A DNA stretch of 64,000 nt, taken from contig OZ199840.1 of NCBI GenBank assembly GCA_964304625.1, forward strand, positions 9,532,882-9,596,881, written 5' to 3'. A model generated the notes under the pieces. It was not told the DNA's origin. It searched no databases and saw only the letters and a program-made list of their open reading frames with translations. The stretch is from Kudoa neothunni (Eukaryota > Animalia > Cnidaria). How positions within the stretch are numbered: the first letter of the stretch is position 1; each line of letters opens with the position of its first letter. The translations under genes were made by a program, and so were the position numbers. Positions 58,163 through 64,000 of this stretch are shown here, one piece after another.

Positions 58163-60278
58163 CTATTGAGGGGGGTTATCAATGGGGGAATAGTTGTAGC
58201 TAGGATCAAGAATGTTATTTTCTATAGCAATTTGAAAAGCTTTTTTAAGAGCAATCAAAGCAAGCCCATTGATCGAGTAGATTCCTTTCGACGATCCAAT
58301 AATGTGAAGATGAGGAATAACTTGGTTGACGGTGTTTTCAAAGGTGTCAAATTTCTCCAGATACATCGGTTTGAAAATCGGTAACGCATCGTTGCATATT
58401 TCAAATGAATGAGCGATTGGATTGTCATCAACATCGAAAAGTGTTTTCATGGTTTGTTGTATCATTTTGAAAACAGCACTCTCATTCGATGGATCGATGT
58501 TTTTATTGAGAAGTATTTCTTTCCGAATAAGAAACTAACAGTAAAATTGAAGTTGAAATAAAAATACAAATAAAGAAATTGATAATACAGTAAAGCCGTA
58601 AGTGGGGGGAGAGTCCGGTTTTAATGGAATGAATTCGGTCGATGAGCATCCATGCGAAAGTGTCCCATGATCAAATATACATCCAGATATTGGAAAAAGA
58701 TGTTGTTGATCGTACGGAACAATAAATCCAAATCCAACAACAGGTTGTTTGAAGCTTTTTCTTAAATAAAGCACAGAGAGAGTGATGTGAGTGCTGAATT
58801 CAAGCGAAGGCATCGTCTTCACTAAATCACCGTATGGCAGTATTTTCCTTAGTTGGTTCAACGAAATTGATGACACCACAACGTCAGCATCAACCATACC
58901 AGCACCATCTGTGGCAATTTCCACGGCCTAAATAATTATTTATGCGAATATAAAAAATCAATATTTTTTATTTTTTTCGAATCGATAAATTCGCATAAAA
59001 TTTTCTGTAGAAATACTGTTTCTTTGAGTGGTTCCATAATGGAACCTTTTTTTCTCCGTTCAAGATGTCTCGAGTAGTAGCGTCTAACATCAACATTTGA
59101 AGGATTGATTCTAGTGACGCCGGTGTTGAGTTCTATGGAGGTGTGCTTCTCCGGTTGAGACAGATAGGATGCGGTTTCTTCGATCAACGAGCAAAATCCA
59201 TATTTTAATGTCCAGAAATCGAATTTATTGTAGTAGAGGAATTGGTATAGTCGATAATCGATTGCTTGTTTTTCATCATTCCCACATGAGTGAAATAATT
59301 TTGGATCGAGATCTATAATGGCGAATGCATCTATCACACAGAACATCCACTATTACCTTCTTTTCGTTCCAATACACTATCGTGGAAAGGTATCGTGTAG
59401 GGATTCTCTGGTGCTCTGTAATAGGGTTTAAAATGGTGTTCTTCGAAAGTTTTTCTAAACAATCTAGCACCAAACTCTCGAAAAAATACTGCTGCCGAAA
59501 GTTCCTCAGTTCGGCAACCACAAATTCCCTGCACCATCGGCTCCAATGTGTACTTGATTATCTAGTTCAATGTTAAAAAGCCATCTCATCCAACAAATCT
59601 ACGTCCTCGGTAAAAGCCATCTTGAAAACATCATCCAAAGTTTTTTGTTTCAAATTTTTCAATCGGTATTCAGCAAGATGTGAATCCGTTGACAATCGTT
59701 TTAGAATGTACAAACCTGAAGCCATTCTGGGATAATATCCAAATGTGTATGGTTTCTGCATTGGTATTGGCGCCAATATAAAAGGGAGATTGGTGAGCGT
59801 GGGTTTCAACGGAATATCCACCAATTTGCTGTTGTAACACAGGTATCGGTCGTTAGAGCCATAACTTCCCTTATGTGAAAGCAACACATCATTTATCATT
59901 CCAAGCTCATATGCCTATAACAACATTCAACTTAATAATATGACATTAACGTTCGCTCGCTCACCATAGAAAGCAATATTCCCGCGGAAGTATCACCCAA
60001 AGAAGCAGTTCTAGCACCAACAAAAAACAAATGATCTCGTCCTATTTCCTCAGCCACCACCTGTTTGGTGTTGATCCATCCTCCTAAACGGTCGCCTCGT
60101 TCCAACACTCGTATCTAGGTGGTTTAATTAGATTGGAATTCAATTCATCTCTCATGTGACTAACATGAATTGAACCAGGCACGCACAATTTATTAAGATA
60201 ATAGGCAAATGTCATTCCCGATATTCCTCCACCCAACACAACACACTGAAGTGGTCGACTCCATGTGGTAACTGTCAT
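58163..60278 (-). CDS. PPOX: Protoporphyrinogen oxidase (HemY/PPOX), multi-exon
   Basis: FAD-binding VVLGGGISGMTFAYYL, RLGGWINT, GARTA, EPMVQGI, GFGFIVP and ALPIFKP; short introns including one of 26 nt. Confidence 0.82.
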
Positions 60279-61030
60279 TGTATGGATTTTAAAAATTCAT
60301 TGCGCGGACATATTTATTTTTTTATGATGAAAATATTGTCATTTTAAAATTTATTCGCTTTTCTCACTTTAACATCTTTATTAATATATGCTTAGTCATT
60401 TATTAATTCTCTCCTGTGATGACTTAAAAATATATTGAGCTTTATTAGTCGATAATAAATATGCTTACAACAAATTTGATTGACTTTTTATTATAAGTAT
60501 AAAAATACATAAATTGAAAAATGAATATATTTTAAATTGAGTTAGATGATTTCTTCCAATCAACGCCTAAATTGAATTTTGCGTCCTCGAATTATTTCCG
60601 GACTATAAAAATTAATATCATATTTTAAATGTTTAATTTACACAGATTTTAGTTTATTAGTACTTGTTTAATATTTTAAAAATTTTTGATTTATCGACTT
60701 ATTGTCAACTCAATAATAACAATGAGAAAAAAATATTAATTCAATATTTTTTTCTCCAATAAAAATATCGATTTATCTTTTTTTGTAAAATTAATCTCGA
60801 TTAATATTACCTTATAAATTTGTTGTGCTATAGATAATTAAACTTAGTTTAGAGGTTATTTTGTTATGATCACGTGGAAAATTCAACATTAAACATTGGA
60901 ACCTGATAAATATTATCCGAGTAGGAGATGTGAGTTACTTGAATTGTGATATTACAAAAATATATTTATTCTAATACTTTATTATTATTATTATTATTAT
61001 TAAATGGGTGAAAATTTTTCCTTAAGTATA

Positions 61031-61671
61031 CAATGACTTATGGGTCGTGCGTAATCAAAAATGGAAATTAAAATCATTTGGCACGGCACATAACTTTGCT
61101 CGTGAAAAAAGAAACAATTTTAAGAAATTAGGTTATATTTTGACCAATTAGAATAATTATTTAATTTAATATTTGACGTGATTTTTAACGCAACATGCGT
61201 TATTTTTTGAAAATTCACCAAAAATTTATTCGGCGAAATGTTAAATCTTTTTATAAAACCATAAACTAATTGGTAGATACAGGTATTGGTTGTGAGGCAT
61301 CATGATCATCATAAAGAATTCATTAGCTATACTGTTAAAAACTTAATGATAATCTTCTATCTCGTTTCACTCATAAGTTCAATCCAATTTCCGAATTTAA
61401 CGTTTGATTTACTCGCTCTTTTTTGATAAAATTCAATTAATTGAACTTTTGGGAAGGAGTTAGAATATTTTACCGCCTGTCGTCGACAAACAAGCCATAA
61501 TTGCACACGACATATAAAATGCATAAAAAATAGTGATAAGGTTATTTTCTGAAGTCAAATTGAATTAATGTGTTCCTTATTTTATAAAGTTTATAGGTTA
61601 TTTGTTAAATTTTCTAGATATCGATTAATTTGTGTTTTATTGCGACATTTCGTACGACCCATAAGTTACTA
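61031..61671. mobile_element. Tc1/mariner-type MITE
   Basis: TA|CAATGACTTATGGGTCGTGCG ... CGTACGACCCATAAGTTACTA|TA imperfect TIRs. Confidence 0.7.
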
Positions 61672-61876
61672 TATGTTCGTAATTATAATCTTCTCAGGAA
61701 GAGATTAGTTACAAAAGGTCTTCTACTTTTGTAATTTTTGATTTTCTTAACTAATAATTATAGAAATTATCAAATTGAGAGAAATTTTTCCTCGTAAGAC
61801 AACAGGGCTAAACTATAGTTTACGTGTGCCGACTTCTGGCTCTAAAGAAATTGCTCGGTAAAAATTGAGAACTTAT

Positions 61877-63202
61877 TTAAGTTGTGCATAATATCAATAA
61901 ATATTTACAAAGTATTCTTAGTTCTCGTTTGTAATACTTCCTTCGAAAAAGGTAGTTTGATATGTATTCAGGCGAAGTCTCTATATTTTTGTGTTTGCGC
62001 TTAAAAGCGCCCCAAATAGAATCAATCCGGTTGGTATGGGGTATGTGTTGGGTGGGTATCGTGACCAACCGTACGATATCTGTCAAAAAATCCGTAAGCT
62101 ATTTCAAGGGGACCAGAATTATCAGGCGGACCTACTCCGATTGCCAAAAGTGAGTAATGCGGTTAACCACAAAACGGTACAACTCAAACATGGGTAAAAT
62201 TCACACAGGAATACTCAGAGGTGAATGTACACATGTTTGGCCCAGCATTGAATCAGTTTTTGGCACCGCTCACCACATATAACGTTACTTTTTACTAACA
62301 TTAGCATTCTCTTTTTTTCGAGTCTTCTTCATTTGTTCTTTCTGCCGCGTGCACTCGAGGATACAACAGTATGGACCCCCACTCGAAACAAACTGGCCTG
62401 GACAATATGGCATAGTGGTGTTAGGTCGAGATCGCATACCCTGAGATTGCGAGTTCGAAGCCTAGTCCGGGCGTTCATGTACCCCTAATCCGAAATTAAG
62501 TAGGGAGACTGTAGTAATCTAATCGTAAGGATCTACGATTTATCGTGGACTTGCTGCAGTAGGGAGGAGAGCCTGGCGGAAGGGTAGAACTCGGACGCTC
62601 ATAAACTCATAAACTTTAAACGTTGGAGTACAGGAGCGAAATAAAACCCAGTAGGGGATTTCCATTGAGCCGATTCCCGCATTCAGACGACTTTCTCAGA
62701 CTAATTCTGGGTTAGTCCAGGGTGTGGTTGGGGAGATGGTTGCTCCGAAACGAGGATGTTTAATGGGTTAAAATCAAAATCACACACTATCACATAAACG
62801 TAAATGTAAGTCGCCTTAATATGACGCTGCGGCGCATAAAGCAAAGCGTAAATGGAGAAGGCTTAACCAGTCCCGCCTTCACAACCTAACAAGTTGCGCC
62901 AGGGGTATGACCTTGTAAAAAAATCAAATCTCGAATTAAAATTTTCCTCTCTGATATGGTAGACAAAGATGCAATATTGACATGATGTATTTCTTCATAG
63001 GCGACACTGAAGAAATAGGACAATATAGAGGAGAAAGACAAAACATTTCCACAATGGAGGGGTTGATTGTTCGAAAATACTGTTTTCTAATTGAGCATTT
63101 CTTTCGACAAAATTTGCAAAATAACTGATGACCTCCACCGGTTTCCTCTCTTGTCGCCATTATCATTATCTGGCTATGGAAACATTTACGATAATTCCTC
63201 AA
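61877..63202 (-). mobile_element. Decayed Merlin (IS1595/ISXO2-like) transposase interrupted by a SINE-like insertion
   Basis: C-terminal HTNRIDSIWGAFKRK..YISNYLFRR and N-terminal Zn-ribbon FCKFCRKKCSIRK. Confidence 0.78.
62395..62923 (+). mobile_element. tRNA-derived SINE-like element
   Basis: tRNA-like head 62396-62472: A box TGGCATAGTGG, B box GAGTTCGAAGCC, acceptor-like pairing GCCTGGAC/GTCCGGGC. GC-rich body and A-rich 3' end; splits the Merlin ORF. Confidence 0.65.
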
Positions 63203-63764
63203 AATTTCAACATTAAACAGAGTTTCGATTGTATAACCTATATCATCTCAAAAATAACCATAATCAACTATTTTTATAGTATCTATATTTTCCTAATTAG
63301 CCGTAGAAATTATTTTCGGAGGTTTAGTTTCTTTTTTATAACATCTAATTTAATTGGAAAATTAGGTTTCATACAATAGAATTAAATATATTTATTTATT
63401 ACAAATTATCAGCACATAATCGCCCAAAATAAATTTCGTTATTTTTTTCTGAAATCCAAATACCGCTGGATACATATTTATATATGTATTTTTAGCAAAA
63501 GTGCATTATTTATTTTATTTTTAAATTAATATTTTCAATAATTTATTACGGGTTCACTGAGGAAACGAACGATAAAAGGCATTTTTAGGCAGGCGCACGC
63601 ATGCAGGCCCAAAAATGGATCGGCCCACCGTATGCCACTATTATTTGATGGGAAGGTGTCGATATGGCGATAGTTGTCGATTTTACCATCCACCAGGTAG
63701 ATGGATGCCTAGTTTTATTTTTTAAGTTGTCGATTCTCCACAGAAAACGACCATGTAAACACAA

Positions 63765-63795
63765 ACAACAACAACAACAACAACAACTATAACAA
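63765..63795. repeat. (CAA)n microsatellite
   Basis: Direct observation. Confidence 0.9.
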
Positions 63796-64000
63796 TTATT
63801 CGTATAAGAGTTCGTCCAGTGGCACCAACACAGCCAAGTTTTGTGTCGGCGAAGGTTCGAAAAAAATATGGCTTACCCATCAGCAACTGTAAGCTGATTC
63901 ATCTCGGTGGAAATCACTAGCTTCATTTTAAAGGGAAAAATCCTACAAAAACTTTCTTCTTGAAGTTGATGCATTTCGAAGAGAAGACAGTTGGTTGTAT

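Noticed and set aside
62396-62472. Functional tRNA gene
   Set aside because: The D, anticodon and T arms pair poorly, and it is the head of a longer insertion inside a transposon.
62725-62756. Hammerhead ribozyme (stem followed by GAAAC)
   Set aside because: The required CTGANGA core is not present before the stem.

Overview
This is AT-rich eukaryotic (animal-like) nuclear DNA with many very short GT-AG introns, strongly divergent proteins and dense decayed DNA transposons. That profile fits a reduced parasitic metazoan such as a myxozoan (inference). Reconstructed genes: a secreted 5-Kunitz-domain protein and a convergent Kunitz pseudogene; an intact 3-exon gene (13378-14617) whose product looks like a catalytically dead, host-domesticated Tc1/IS630 transposase; an SLC7/LAT amino-acid transporter; Nup210/gp210; a small MANEC/MANSC-domain type I membrane protein absent from the ORF track; an ABCG/white half-transporter head-to-head with a group I PAK kinase; and protoporphyrinogen oxidase. 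Mobile elements include MULE, Tc1/IS630, pogo/Tigger, piggyBac, hAT MITEs, Merlin and a tRNA-headed SINE-like insert. Two long perfect hairpins lie at 17.5 and 18.5 kb. All exon models were built by eye and have no transcript support.
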